64,000 nt of DNA from the human T2T-CHM13v2.0 reference genome, Homo sapiens: NCBI RefSeq assembly GCF_009914755.1, contig NC_060927.1, one strand, 5' to 3'. This document shows positions 44,271 through 57,920 of this stretch, piece after piece. Every line of letters begins with the position of its first letter. Positions within the stretch are counted from its first letter, which is position 1. The notes beneath the pieces were generated by a model. That model was not told the origin of the DNA and searched no databases. It worked only from the letters and a program-made list of their open reading frames with translations. A program made the position numbers and the translations under genes.

Positions 44271-44864
44271 TTATGAGGATTTTGAAGTATGACTAGGATT
44301 CCAGTGCTCCCCCAGGGTTCTGTGGTGGGCACCTCTGTGGCATAGTCTAGTGCCCAAACCTTTGTGTCTTTAATTGTTTTGTATTGCTGATATTTTACTC
44401 AGAATTTTTAGCTCTTTGCAAATTCCTCAGGCTTGGTATGTGGTTCTAGGCCAAGTGTGCCTTCCTGCCACAGAGCATTTGTGTGGCTCAGCCCCATGAT
44501 GACCCCTTCTGCCTCTAGTCCAGTGTTGGCCCACAAGTCATAGGAAGCATCCCAGACCCTTCCACAAGGGGTAAGTATATGACTTCTCAGCAGAGGGATG
44601 TGTCTGTACACCTCCTGCCCTGTCTCTGCCTCCTCAGTCTCTCTGAGATGTGGACCTTGGTCTCAAGACTCTGTTTCCCTGTTGGAAAGCCTGCCCTCCC
44701 TGTTCCCTCACCTGGACCCAGGCTAGCACCTGCTGTAGCACTTGAGATGTCATGGTTAGAGATCTGTTCCCTGCGATTGTCCCTTCTTAGAACCCATCTA
44801 GAATACAGATCTGTTCATTTTTTATTCATTATTAAGATCTTAGTGTGAATGAATTTGTCTGATA

Positions 44865-46928
<2,064 letters not shown>

Positions 46929-47109
46929 TGTTTGTTGAGTGAATGAATGAATGAATGATTGTGAGTCCTAACCATAACCCCTACTCTCAGGGTACTTTAG
47001 GTTATAAGAGAGTCAAGGAAAGGAACTTTCTTGCTTACGACTGAGAATCACTTATGGGGAAACCACAGGTTAGCAGTGTGAATTTCTGTATGTGTGAGTA
47101 CATGATCGT

Positions 47110-47345
47110 GATTGCTGACATTTATTTATAGTGTGTATGATAGCTGAACATTGTTAGGAGTACTTTAGGTTGATTTAATCTTAGCCTACTCCTATGGGGT
47201 AAGAATGATAATTTTCCCCATTTTGCAGATGAGGAAATGGAGGCCCAGGATGGTTAAATATTTTGCTCAAGGCCATCCAGATAGTAAATGTGGATGGAGT
47301 CAGGACTTGAACCCAAGTGGGACAGCTCTAGAGCCGATGCTCTCA
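47110..47345 (-). mobile_element. MIR
   Basis: cccattttgcagatgaggaaatggaggcccagg...caggacttgaaccca. Confidence 0.85.
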
Positions 47346-48039
47346 ATTCCCCACCCTGTGATTTCCCATGCCTGTGTGTGTGTGCGCGCACATGTGCTTG
47401 TGCATATAGATGTGTGGGCAGATGGGCATGCCCGTGCGTGTCTTGTGGCAAATGTATCCTGGGAAACTCCTATTATGATGGGCAGTCTCTGGCCCTGGAC
47501 AGGCTCTAGAGCTTGGGGTGGCAGAAAGAAGCAAGCTATTGCTTTAGGTCCAAGTGACAGAAACAGGTAGTCTAGAAGGATGTGCTGTCATAAAAACCAT
47601 AAATAAAAACCACTGTGTTTTGAGAAACCATTTGCTTGTCTCTGGGTGGACCTGATGATGTGTGGGCTGGTGGGGTGGTGACAACTGCAGGTCTGAGAGG
47701 TTGTGGACACCACACTCAGCATGGCATATTTATTTACTGGCTAGTTTTAACATTTTTCATTACATATATCTCCAGGGACCCCAATGACATATTGAGAGGC
47801 ACAGGGTCTTCTGCCATTCTTCAGGCTCTTGATACTGTTTGTTTTTTCCCCAGCTGTGGGCAGAATGATTCTTAGGAAACTGATGAATGGTGTTTGGTCA
47901 GGGGAAAAGAGCCCATGTGTTTTTGTGGGTGCATCTGTTAGGTGCAGAACTGTGTTACACTCAGGCACTCTTCCATGTGTGCCTGGCTCTACATACTCCT
48001 TACTCAGAAAGAAAGAAGCTTCCTTGATGCAGATTGTCA

Positions 48040-48440
48040 TTTTTTCATTCAACCAACACTCCTCAAGATGCTACTCTGTGCCAAGCCTTGTATAGGCCTT
48101 AGGAATAAAATGGAGCACGAGACCCAGGCCTGGAGGAGCTGACAGTCTAGTGGGAGAGTCAGATCAGGAAACCATGACAGCCCAGGATGGAGAGGGCCCT
48201 ACCTGCGGAGCATGCAGAGAGCACCTCATGGAGCAATTCCTAATGCAGCCTGGGGCAGGTGCAAGCAGGGAAAGCTTCTTGGAGGTGCTAAGTGGGATGA
48301 GTTTTGAAGGGTGAACTTAAGATAACCAGGGAAACAAAGTGAAGGGATGCTTTCATGAGTTGTAGGTAGTATAAAAGCCTGGCCTGAAGAGAGGGTCCAG
48401 GGTGCTCAGAAAATACTAAGTAGTTTGGTTTGGATGGGGA
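48040..48440 (-). mobile_element. L2
   Basis: ttcattcaaccaacact...ctactctgtgccaagc...ggagctgacagtctagtggg. Confidence 0.75.
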
Positions 48441-49649
48441 GGCATGTGTTTGTGCTTGTTGGTGTCAGTGTGTGTGTGTGCATTTGTTTATCAGGGGAGG
48501 TAGTAACTGAAGAGTTGCATTGGCAATTTCTATTTACATGTTTTCTGTGAAACACTTCTATGAAGTACAATGCATAAGGAACATTTAGTCATTCACATTT
48601 TAGTGTGAATAAATTGACCTTTTTTTTTCTTGAAGAACATCGAACCCTTGAATGAGAATAGATGCTGAATGATGATACAGGCTACCCTGTTCAAAATTAG
48701 TCATATTCCCTACTCTGTCACATTCTCTGCAACTCTCAAAACCCTCCTGGAACCTGTTGCTGTTTTCAGCCTGTATCCCCTCTGAAGCATGGCAGTCTTG
48801 TTGTCTGCCCTGCATTGTAGAAAGCTGAGGAACCTAACATTTGTCCCACACTCACCTCTGGTTAACCCTGTTGGGAGGAAGGGACCCTCCTGATACAGAG
48901 GCATGGCTTGGGCAGGCGCCACAGGTCTGAGAGAGTGAAGGGAGGCCTGGGCAGGCTGCCGGCCAGACCACCTGGCCCAGTCCCTGCTTACTGTCCCTGT
49001 GCCCAGACCTTGCCTTGCTCCCAGCTGTGGTATCTTCTCTTTGACAGATGAAAGTAATAGACCACCCCCTTCAGAGGGGGCTCCAGTAACTTAAACCATG
49101 TGGGCTCCACGGGGTAGGGTGGGATGCAAAACACACTTTTGCAGGGAGAAGGGAAGGCGTGAGGAAGAGCCATTGTCTCAGTTTTGTGTGTCCTGCCTGG
49201 AGAGGGCCTCAGGGTGGATGTTTAATGGGCTTGCCAGCTGGGCGATGGAGCCCCAGGCCTCCTGACTCACTGGCCACTTGATTGGCTGAGTGCCTGGTAG
49301 ACCTAGCTTCTGGACAATCGTGGTGCATGGGCTGCAGGCACATCTCCAGAATGGGAACTTTGGGGTATACAGTCCCTTGGAAGTAGCTGAAATAAAACCT
49401 CTCCAAAGTGGTGCCATCTCTGTCAGGACCTGATGGTTTGAACTCCTGGGATGGTGGGCTTCTCTTTCAGAGCTGAGCTGACCTTCCGAGGGATCTGGGG
49501 CTGAGGCCAGGTCCTGAGCTGCTGAGGGCAAGGCCCTGAGGATAAGAACTGGGGACAGACAGCATGTTCTAAGCCAGGCTGGGTGGCCACTTGCTGGGAC
49601 ACAGTGGAGGATTCACTGTCAGGTAGGACTGTTGCAACAGATTATGTTA

Positions 49650-50075
49650 AGAAACTGTACTTGGGTTCCTATACCTTATGAGATAGCTGCACATACGTTG
49701 TCTCTTTTGACCTTACAACAAGCCTAGGTCCTATATTGAGGATTAAGTTATTTAAAAAGGGAACTTGCCCAGGGTCACAATGAGGAACGGGTAAAGGCAG
49801 GTTTTGAATCAAGGCCTAAGCCCATTTTCACTCTTTACAGTACATCTTTGCTTCTAAGGGTCAGCTCCAGGTTGCTGGAGTTCAAAGCCCAGCTGGGCCA
49901 CTTTTATGTATGGTGAACTTGGGCAGGTTACTTAACTTCTCTGTGTCTCAGTTTTCTCATCTATCATTGTTAACGATAGAACTGCCTGTTAGGATTTTAG
50001 GGAGGATCTAATGAAGTAATTCAATGTGAGACCCTGAGCAAGGACCAGGCGCATTGCAATTGCTCACCAAGTAAT
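49650..50075. mobile_element. Two MIRs (- then +)
   Basis: acttgcccagggtcaca (-) and ttgggcaggttacttaacttctctgtgtctcagttttctcatct (+). Confidence 0.8.
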
Positions 50076-51044
50076 AGCTGCCAAGGCCGTCAGTAGAATT
50101 GCTGGGGTTGTGCTGGATTGTAGATGAGCATGTTGGTGTGGATGTGATCTCAGTACCCCATCACCTGGACTAAAGGGTGTGATGAGCTTTGGCTCTTTGG
50201 CCTCCTGAGGGTCCCCTTCTCTTCAAGTCCCAAAAGATGACTTAGACACTGGGCTCCATAGCCACTTTCACACAGTCACTCTCCCATGGGGAACAGGGGA
50301 ACAATGAAGGAAAAACACTGCATAATCCATTCATGGCTGGGAGCTGGCTGTGGCTGTTCAGGGCCCTGTCAGACCATGCTGGCCTGGAGCTGTCAAATCA
50401 TTAAGGAAGGTTATTTTGAAGAGGTGGACTTAGTAAAGTTCATGCAAATGGAATGTTTTCTGTAATGAGGAAGCATGGTCTGAGACTACAGTGGTCTGAG
50501 AATAGCTGGCCATACATCCGAGGTGCCAGGCCAGTCTTGGTTATGTGTGATGTCTCAAAGTAATTATTAGCAGTGCCCTTTTCATTGTTAAACGTGCCCT
50601 GGTTCAGATGATAAATTATACGTCAACCCTAATTTGAGTTGCAAGCAAGGCTTTATCCACTGAGCTGGCTACCTCGCTGAGTGTAAAGGTGTGCTGGGAA
50701 AGCCCCTTTCTTCCCTGGTAAAGCCTGTCACTACAGGGCTACCAGGATCCAGATGGTGGGGCCTGTATGGGAGACATCCAGGAATAGCCACAGCACTTGG
50801 AACCCAGGCAGCAAAACTCCTGACTCTGCAGAGTGGGGGTGGGGGTGGGTGGAGGAGCCAGGAAGACGGCCTTGAGTGCAGTCCAGCTGGCAGCATGGAG
50901 GCCTGGGCCCACAGCCAGAGACCCACACTGCTTTGTCACCTGGGTAGGAGTTGGGGAGATTTTAGTTCAAAGACATATGAGATATTGGTCTGGCTTAACT
51001 TTTTCATTTTCCTGATAATAATGACAATGGTAATCATGACTACC

Positions 51045-51072
51045 TTTAATTAAGCCCCAACTAAGTGCCAGG

Positions 51073-51121
<49 letters not shown>

Positions 51122-51315
51122 TATGCACAAATATATATGTATATATAATTTAATTAAGCCCCAACTAAGTGCCAGGTGTGTGTGTATTATGCACATATAT
51201 ATGTGTATATATATTTGTGTGTAATACTTATATATTATATATAATCATATATACACACACTATAGATATAGTGTGTATGTATAACATATTTATACATATG
51301 TAACATATACACACA
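51045..51315. repeat. (TG)n/(TA)n microsatellite with tandem duplication, inside a MIR
   Basis: tttaattaagccccaactaagtgccagg(tg)n tattatgcaca occurs at 51045 and 51149. Confidence 0.92.
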
Positions 51316-51699
51316 CTTCTTAAAGTAGTCCAGAGATGTTGGGTGAGACAGAAAGAAGAAAAGGAACACTCTTCATATCACCCCACTAGTAAGTGGCAGA
51401 ACCAGGATTTGGACCCAGGATCCAGTATGCCACTTGCACAGCCCTGCAGCCCAGGTTGGGCTTGGAAGATAAAGAGGCAGGGGAGGATGGGCTTGCTGGG
51501 GACCTTTCTGTTCCTGTTTGTCCCTTGCCCTCCCTGGGCCATGTCTGCCAGGGAAAGGCCATGCTCGAGGCCACATGAGGAGTTGCTGAGCTGTCTTTCA
51601 TCCGGTCCCGCAGTTATTTGTTCAGCATGCAGTGCAAATTTCCCTGTCTCGAGACATGGAATCTGGTAAAGCTTTGCCTGGATCAATGTCCAACCCCTT

Positions 51700-52960
51700 T
51701 CAAGTTCTGGAGAAAGTTACTCCTCTCTAAAGTTCAGACCTGCCAGACTCAATAACTCCACAAAAATGCTTGGATGAAAATTGCTCCAAGCAATCCCAGT
51801 GGAAAGCCAGCACCTCACCCCTCGTTTAAAGTTATGATCCTTATCATAATTAATTCAATAAAGAAGTAATGTGCTTCAACCTAGGCAGAGAGAATAATTT
51901 TCTGTCCTGACTGGTATAAACTTTCAACTCGGGACATTTAAACTCTGGGTCTGAGCTCTTGCAGCAAGTAATAAATTGCAGACCCCGGCAGGGCTGCAGA
52001 ACCCTGATTTAAACTGCGGTAAATAGGCCGCTATTGAAGAGAGGAAGATTTGGATTCGGGTGGGCAACTCCAATAAATAGCAGAGCATTGTTTATAAACC
52101 CTGCAGTCCCGGCTGGCCTCCGCCTTGAGACAGGCAGTAGCGTTTGCTGTTGAAAGCACCAGAGCGTTTGATCCTCACACTCAGAGGACCCACCTTGAGT
52201 CTTGAATTTAAAATCTGTTTCCTTCTATAATTGAAAGGTAGGATTAGCCTGACTTCTAAACAGACTAACACATTCTCAAGTGGAGATACTGACTTGGACC
52301 AAGCCAACTCAGCCCAGAGTTGCCTTTCCTACTCTTTCTCTGGAGGTTGCAGTGATAAAAGTTCATTCTGGATTTGTTTTGAACACGTTCAGAGTAACGA
52401 AGCCCCTGTATTGTCCCAGAAGTCCATCAGGTTTGCAGAAATTACAAGTTTAGCAATCAAAGTCTTTGGAAACAAGTTATAATAGAAGGAAAGTCAGTTT
52501 CAATCAAAACAACTTTCAGATTGCATATTATAGGAAAAGATAAATTCAACATCCATTGTTTTGTGAAAATAATTCAATGATGAGGGAGGCAGGGTTCTTT
52601 AAAGTGGTTAAATTTGGGAACATCAAGGCGGTTGTCAGACTCGTATTCTTTTGTTCCTGGCTTAAGATTTTGGATACCTCCTTTTTGAACTGACAGCAAG
52701 CATGCATTCCAAAACTCAAGAGGACCTTTCTCTTCAATTTTATGGGGTTGAAAACAATTGTATTATCGGCCCACGTTCTGCTCTGTGGCCTCAAGCTCAT
52801 GCAGAGATGCACTGTGACAAGGCTTACTGCAGTGTTAGCTATTCCAAACCACGCCGGGCTTGCGTAGCGCTATATCCAAGACAAATAGCTGGTTCTGGAG
52901 AAGTGATTGAGAATATTCATGGATGTTATTCATCAAAACACACAACATACACATACTAGG
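51700..52960. promoter_or_regulatory. Candidate conserved non-coding/enhancer block
   Basis: About 1.2 kb with no recognisable repeat, retained CpGs, and clustered TAAT/ATTA and SOX-like (cattgtt, acaattgt) motifs. Inference only. Confidence 0.4.
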
Positions 52961-53531
52961 CAGCCTAGACCCTTTTGGTATCATAAAAAATGTGAAGCGC
53001 TGCCCCAGGGGAGGGAGGAGGAGCAGTCCTTTGAAACTTAGATGGGGAGAAGAATGTAGGAGAGAGGATGGGGCAGCTAATCAACTATTTCAGGTCCAGG
53101 TACACCCCTTACATCCTTTTTGGAGCATAGACAAATATACATAAATATGTGGATAAATAAAATAATTGTGTGCCACATATATCAATCATTTTCTGTGGGT
53201 TTGTAAAGAAAATATCTAATATTCTGTTTGTGCCTTGCCTATATTTGTGTCATCCATTCGAGGCACCGAGTATAAAATAGAAAATGGAAGCTGATGTTAC
53301 TTTAGCTCTTGACATGGTCAAATATTTCTATTGATGGTGACTCTGGGTCTTTTCTTTCTAGTCATTTTTTTTTAAGTGAGAAAAACATCCACTTTGTAAT
53401 TTATAATGCTGGATAACCAATTTTAAAAAAGAAAGAAAAACTCAACAAAAAATAAATACTCAAGGCTGTTGTTTGTCACTGGATTTTGTTTCTAAGCATC
53501 CCACTTAGACTGCTCCTGACCCTTTCTTGGT

Positions 53532-53664
53532 ACAGTCCGTCTGGAAGGGCTGGTTTCCCTGGGTCCCTAAATGGGTCGGATGTCAGTGGTGAACAGTCCG
53601 TCTGGGGTGAGAGGCGGAAGGGCTGGTTTCCCTGGGTCCCTAAATGGGTCGGATGTCAGTGGTG
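53532..53664 (+). repeat. Tandem duplication (60 bp and 72 bp copies)
   Basis: The copies are identical except for a 12-bp segment present only in the second. Confidence 0.95.
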
Positions 53665-55058
53665 TCTGTGGGGTCTGCTTCCTTGACATTGTCTCCCAAA
53701 TGAGAAGTGACCATTAAGACTTCCGGGGGCTTAATCTTTCAGACCTAGATCAGCCCTGCTCAGCAATTTCAAACAAACCCAACAATGTGGCTGAAACTGG
53801 CACAAGATAGGGTACCCTGGGATGAAAGCGCGTGTTAGAGCAGCAACTGAAATCCAGAAAGCTAGAGCTGTGTAGCTTTCATGACACAAGCATTTGAGCC
53901 AGCATGTTTGACCAACGCTCACAACCCCCGCTTGCGCCCCCTTCCACCCTCCAATCCCTCTTGGATTGATTAAATTGGCTCAAGATGACACCAATAATTG
54001 GCTCAAGATGGGGCTTCGACAGGCCCAATGATCCATATCTTCACATTCCCTAAAATCAGTCCTTTCAGCTCTGTGTTGGATTTAGGATGGTTTACATTGG
54101 CTCCGTCACAAACATTTTAATAAAGTCCCAGAGAAACCGCAAACGGGTGACATCATTGGATGGTGTTAAAAAAAAAAAAAAAAGAGTCCCATTTTGTAAG
54201 AGAGAGGCTGGGCCTCCAGAGTGTGATCAGGGTCTGCCTTCCCCATTTGGTCATTCAGTAATCATCCTCTGTAATTAGGACCATAATATTTAAAATGGGG
54301 TGCGGCAGGGGGTTGCCGGCAAAGGACATTAGCTATTAAGTAAAAAACAAATATGAATATTTTGACATAAAGTAGCCAAGAAGATGAAGGACTCTAGGGT
54401 GGGTTTGCCGCCCCAGGGCTGAAGGGCTGGCTGCCTGGACTTGGGTGGAGGCATGTGGAGCATTAATGTAAGGACAGCCCCTTGTCCCCTGTCCCAGGAC
54501 ACAGAGACAGGACAGTGGGGCTTTGGAGCTGAGGATCCAAGCTGGAGAGGGGAGCCACTCAGAGCCTGGGGATTCCCATTAAGAGGGTTTCTTGCTGAGG
54601 GGTAGCCTAGAGGGAATTTTCATTTTCTTCCCTATAGTATTCTGTTCACTTACCTGGAACTTTTTCTAAGAGTTTATATTAGTTTTACAATTAAAAAAAA
54701 AAAAAAACACAAGTAAGCTTTTTCAAAAATTAGTATAGCTATTTTGATTATGTCCAATGATTGTAATTATATATTAGACTGAAAATATCTGGAAAAATAC
54801 AATATTAATCTTAATGGTAGCTCTCACTGGGTGGTAGGACTAGGGAAGATTTTTGTCTTCTATTCTTCTGTGAATTATTTTTGTAATAGATAAAAAATTT
54901 CAAAGGAAAGGGAAACATTGAAACCTCAAGAAAACAAATTGAGCTCATTTAGACATAGATTAACCTATGTGTATAGTGTCCTCCCTCTTCCTGCAAAAAA
55001 AAAATGAGAGTTGCTGTTTTAATTTTAGTATTATATTGTATTTTTAAAATGCATTTCA

Positions 55059-55137
55059 GGCAGAGGTGGGAGGATCACTTGAGCCCAGAAGTTTGAGACT
55101 AGCCTGGGCAACATAGCAAGACCCTGTCTCAAAAAAA
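55059..55137 (+). mobile_element. 5'-truncated Alu monomer (FLAM-like)
   Basis: ggcagaggtgggaggatcacttgagccc...gaccctgtctc(a)7. The 13-bp TSD aaaatgcatttca lies at 55046-55058 and 55134-55146. Confidence 0.9.
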
Positions 55138-55611
55138 TGCATTTCACTCGCATGATTATGAACTTACAAGAAGCAAGATGTTTTCAAATGGCAGAATCCA
55201 GCTTCCCAGTTGAGGAAGGGACAGATATTGCATTCCCTGCGAGTCGGGCCTTGCTGTCTGAGGTGAGTTGGTGTGCTGGTGGGTCCCCCCTACTGTTGTT
55301 GCTCCCTCAGAAGGGGCTGGCACATTTGATGTGTATCCCCTTGTCAGGCAGCAGGGCTGAAGTCATGTCGAAGATTTCCCAGAATAATCTATCCATATGG
55401 CCATTACAATTAATTGACTTTCCTGTGACTGAGGGTCAATCTGATGCCAGAATATACCTTGATCACTTTTTTCTAGTGAGAGATTTCTAGACTGTTTTGT
55501 TTTATTTATCTTATAAACATATCTCTGTGTTTTATGGTTCACACTGAAAGAGGAACCTGGGGACCTTACAGACCATGTAAAAAAGGGGAAGATTAAAACA
55601 TAGACTATATG

Positions 55612-55668
55612 GGGTGGGTGTGTGTGTGTGTGTTTGTGTGTGACTGTTTTTTTTTTTTTTTTTTTTTT
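55612..55668. repeat. (TG)n plus poly(T)
   Basis: Direct inspection. Confidence 0.9.
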
Positions 55669-55949
55669 AAGCGATGCATGTTTTAAAGACTGGATCTGGC
55701 CATGACTAAAGGCTCATTGCTAATGCTGGGCCTTATTTCACTGACTGGAGTTCAGGCATATGGAAAATACCTGTTAGTTCAACTAAATACACCTAATATG
55801 AAAAATGGACTCTGTTCCTTGTGCTAAACAAATGCATTAACAAATTTGCATAATGTAAACTCATCCCTTTAATGACTGTTTGGCCCCAAAATATTGCTGG
55901 GGTTATTCTTTCCTCCTCTCCTCTCAGCCTAATTTTTTCTCACAGAGAA

Positions 55950-56830
55950 AGTGGGAAGGAGAATACTCTGGAATGAGACAGATGTGAGATCAAATCTCTT
56001 TTTTGTTTCTTGCTGTGTGATTACGGGCAGGTTGCCTAACCTCTCTGAGACCACAGTTTCTTTTGTGTGTAAAATGGAAATTGTATCCCTTTCTAAGGGT
56101 GATTTAAGAATTGTATGATATGGCCGGGTGCAGTGGCTCATGCCTGTAATCCCAGCACTTTGGAAGGCCGAGGTGGGTGGATCATGAGGTCAGGAGTTCA
56201 AGACCAGCCTGGCCAACTTGGTGAAACCCTGTCTCTACTAAAAATACAAAAAAAAGAAAAAAAAAAATTAGCCAGGTGTGGCGGTGGGCACCTGTAATCC
56301 CAGCTACTTGGGAGGCTGAGGCAGAGAATTGCTTGAACCTGGGAGATGGAGGTTGCAGTGAGCTGAGATCGTGCCACTGCACTCCAGCCTGGGTGATAGA
56401 GCAAGACTGTGTCTCAAACAAACAAACAAAGAATTGTATGATATGATGGATATAAAGCACCCAGCTCAGACTTGTTTTGGCCACACTGACAGAGGAAGGT
56501 GAAGCTTTGAGGCATAAGAGAAGAGCCCCAGAATGAAGAAAGAAGGAGAATATGGCTTTATTCACAGCTGACTCACTTTGGGAGAGTCACGGCTTCTCTC
56601 TGGAACTCAGTTTCCCACTTAGAACATGGGGAAGGTAGAAGTGTGTGGAGTGTGTAGAGTGGTCAAGAGCCTGGATCAGGGGCTTAAATCCTGGCTGCCT
56701 TACCTTGGGCCACTTCACCGTGCTGTGAATTTCCTTCTCTGTCAAATAGAGGCCTTGTGCAAATTGTTTGAAAGCCTTTGCAGCAATGCTTCGAGTGTGG
56801 TGTTGTTTGAGTATCAGTGTTTGCCATTAT
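55950..56830 (+). mobile_element. MIR copies (first split by Alu)
   Basis: gggcaggttgcctaacctctctgag...tgtaaaatgg; further cores at about 56560-56630 and 56650-56830. Confidence 0.75.
56122..56428 (+). mobile_element. AluS (Sg-like)
   Basis: Full dimer. The 16-bp TSD aagaattgtatgatat lies at 56106-56121 and 56429-56444. Confidence 0.95.
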
Positions 56831-57099
56831 TCTTATAACAAGGTTCTCTTTGGTCCCTTCTGGCTCTGTTTTTATTTATTTTTTTATTTCTACTTCCTCT
56901 GCCCTCAAATTTTCAAGGACAGGCTGATTTTTATTTTATTCTTCAACATTAAGGTAACTGCAAACATATTGTTGAAGGAAAATAAAAGGTACTTCTCAGG
57001 CTTTCGTCTGCAATAACTTAAAGAAAAGGACCCAGAAAAAAAAAAAAAACCCAAGGACCCAGCACTGTCTTGATTCTGTACAAATGTTCACCTCCTTCA

Positions 57100-57920
57100 A
57101 AGAGGCAAGAAGGCAAGTCCTGCCAGATCTGATTGTGCAGACCCAAAGGATCTGATCGCCCGTCACTAAGGCTACTAATCAAATTTCCATCCAATATGCT
57201 CACGCAGGATTTCCTGATCAAACACTTAAGCCTGCCCCTCTGCACCCCCATTAGCTAACATGTTTTATATGCAGAGGGGTCATCAAAAGTGTAATTGCCT
57301 TAAAGAAACTTAATCCCGCATTCTTGTCAACTCAAAGATAACTAATAATGCTTGCTAGCTGATATTTTTCCAACATCAAGAGTGTACCAGAAATTAGGAT
57401 CTTGTTCTTAATCTTCCTCACAGCAGATGTTGAAACCTAGGTGTACTGATATCTCTCACGGGCCAGGTAAAAGGATGAATTTTCTCTAAAATTAGCTGGC
57501 TTTTCTGGGACAATATGCTGCTGCCACGTAATGCTAGAAGACTGGAATAGGCTGTGGAGATCCAAGCCCAATGGTTTTTCCTAGTCAGTGTAACATTATT
57601 TTGGCTTCCAAGTTCAAAGTTTACCTGTGAATGCTTCTGAGGATATGGCATCCATTTTACATTTGAATACATTTAATCAGCTAACATTATGGAGTGTCTG
57701 CAAAAGAAGTTTGCTAGATGCCCGCCCGAAAAGAAAGCAAAGTGAAAGTACAGCACAAGAAAGGGATTATGTGAGTGTTGATTTTAATGTCAGTTATTGT
57801 ATTTAATAAGGGTAATTAAAAACATTACATGCTTGATATTGGTTTATTATGTGGATATATTCTAAACATAGCATGTGCCTAACAATTCATTATTTTGCCA
57901 TGCTTCACAGCTTCTAATAT
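57100..57920. promoter_or_regulatory. Candidate conserved non-coding/enhancer block
   Basis: Repeat-free, with many homeodomain cores (ctaatc, taatcc, taatta, ttaatc) and a TCF-like tcaaag. Inference only. Confidence 0.35.

Noticed and set aside
49063-49085. CTCF site / hairpin cccccttcagaggggg
   Set aside because: Only a partial match to the CTCF core and a 5-6 bp stem, which is expected by chance.
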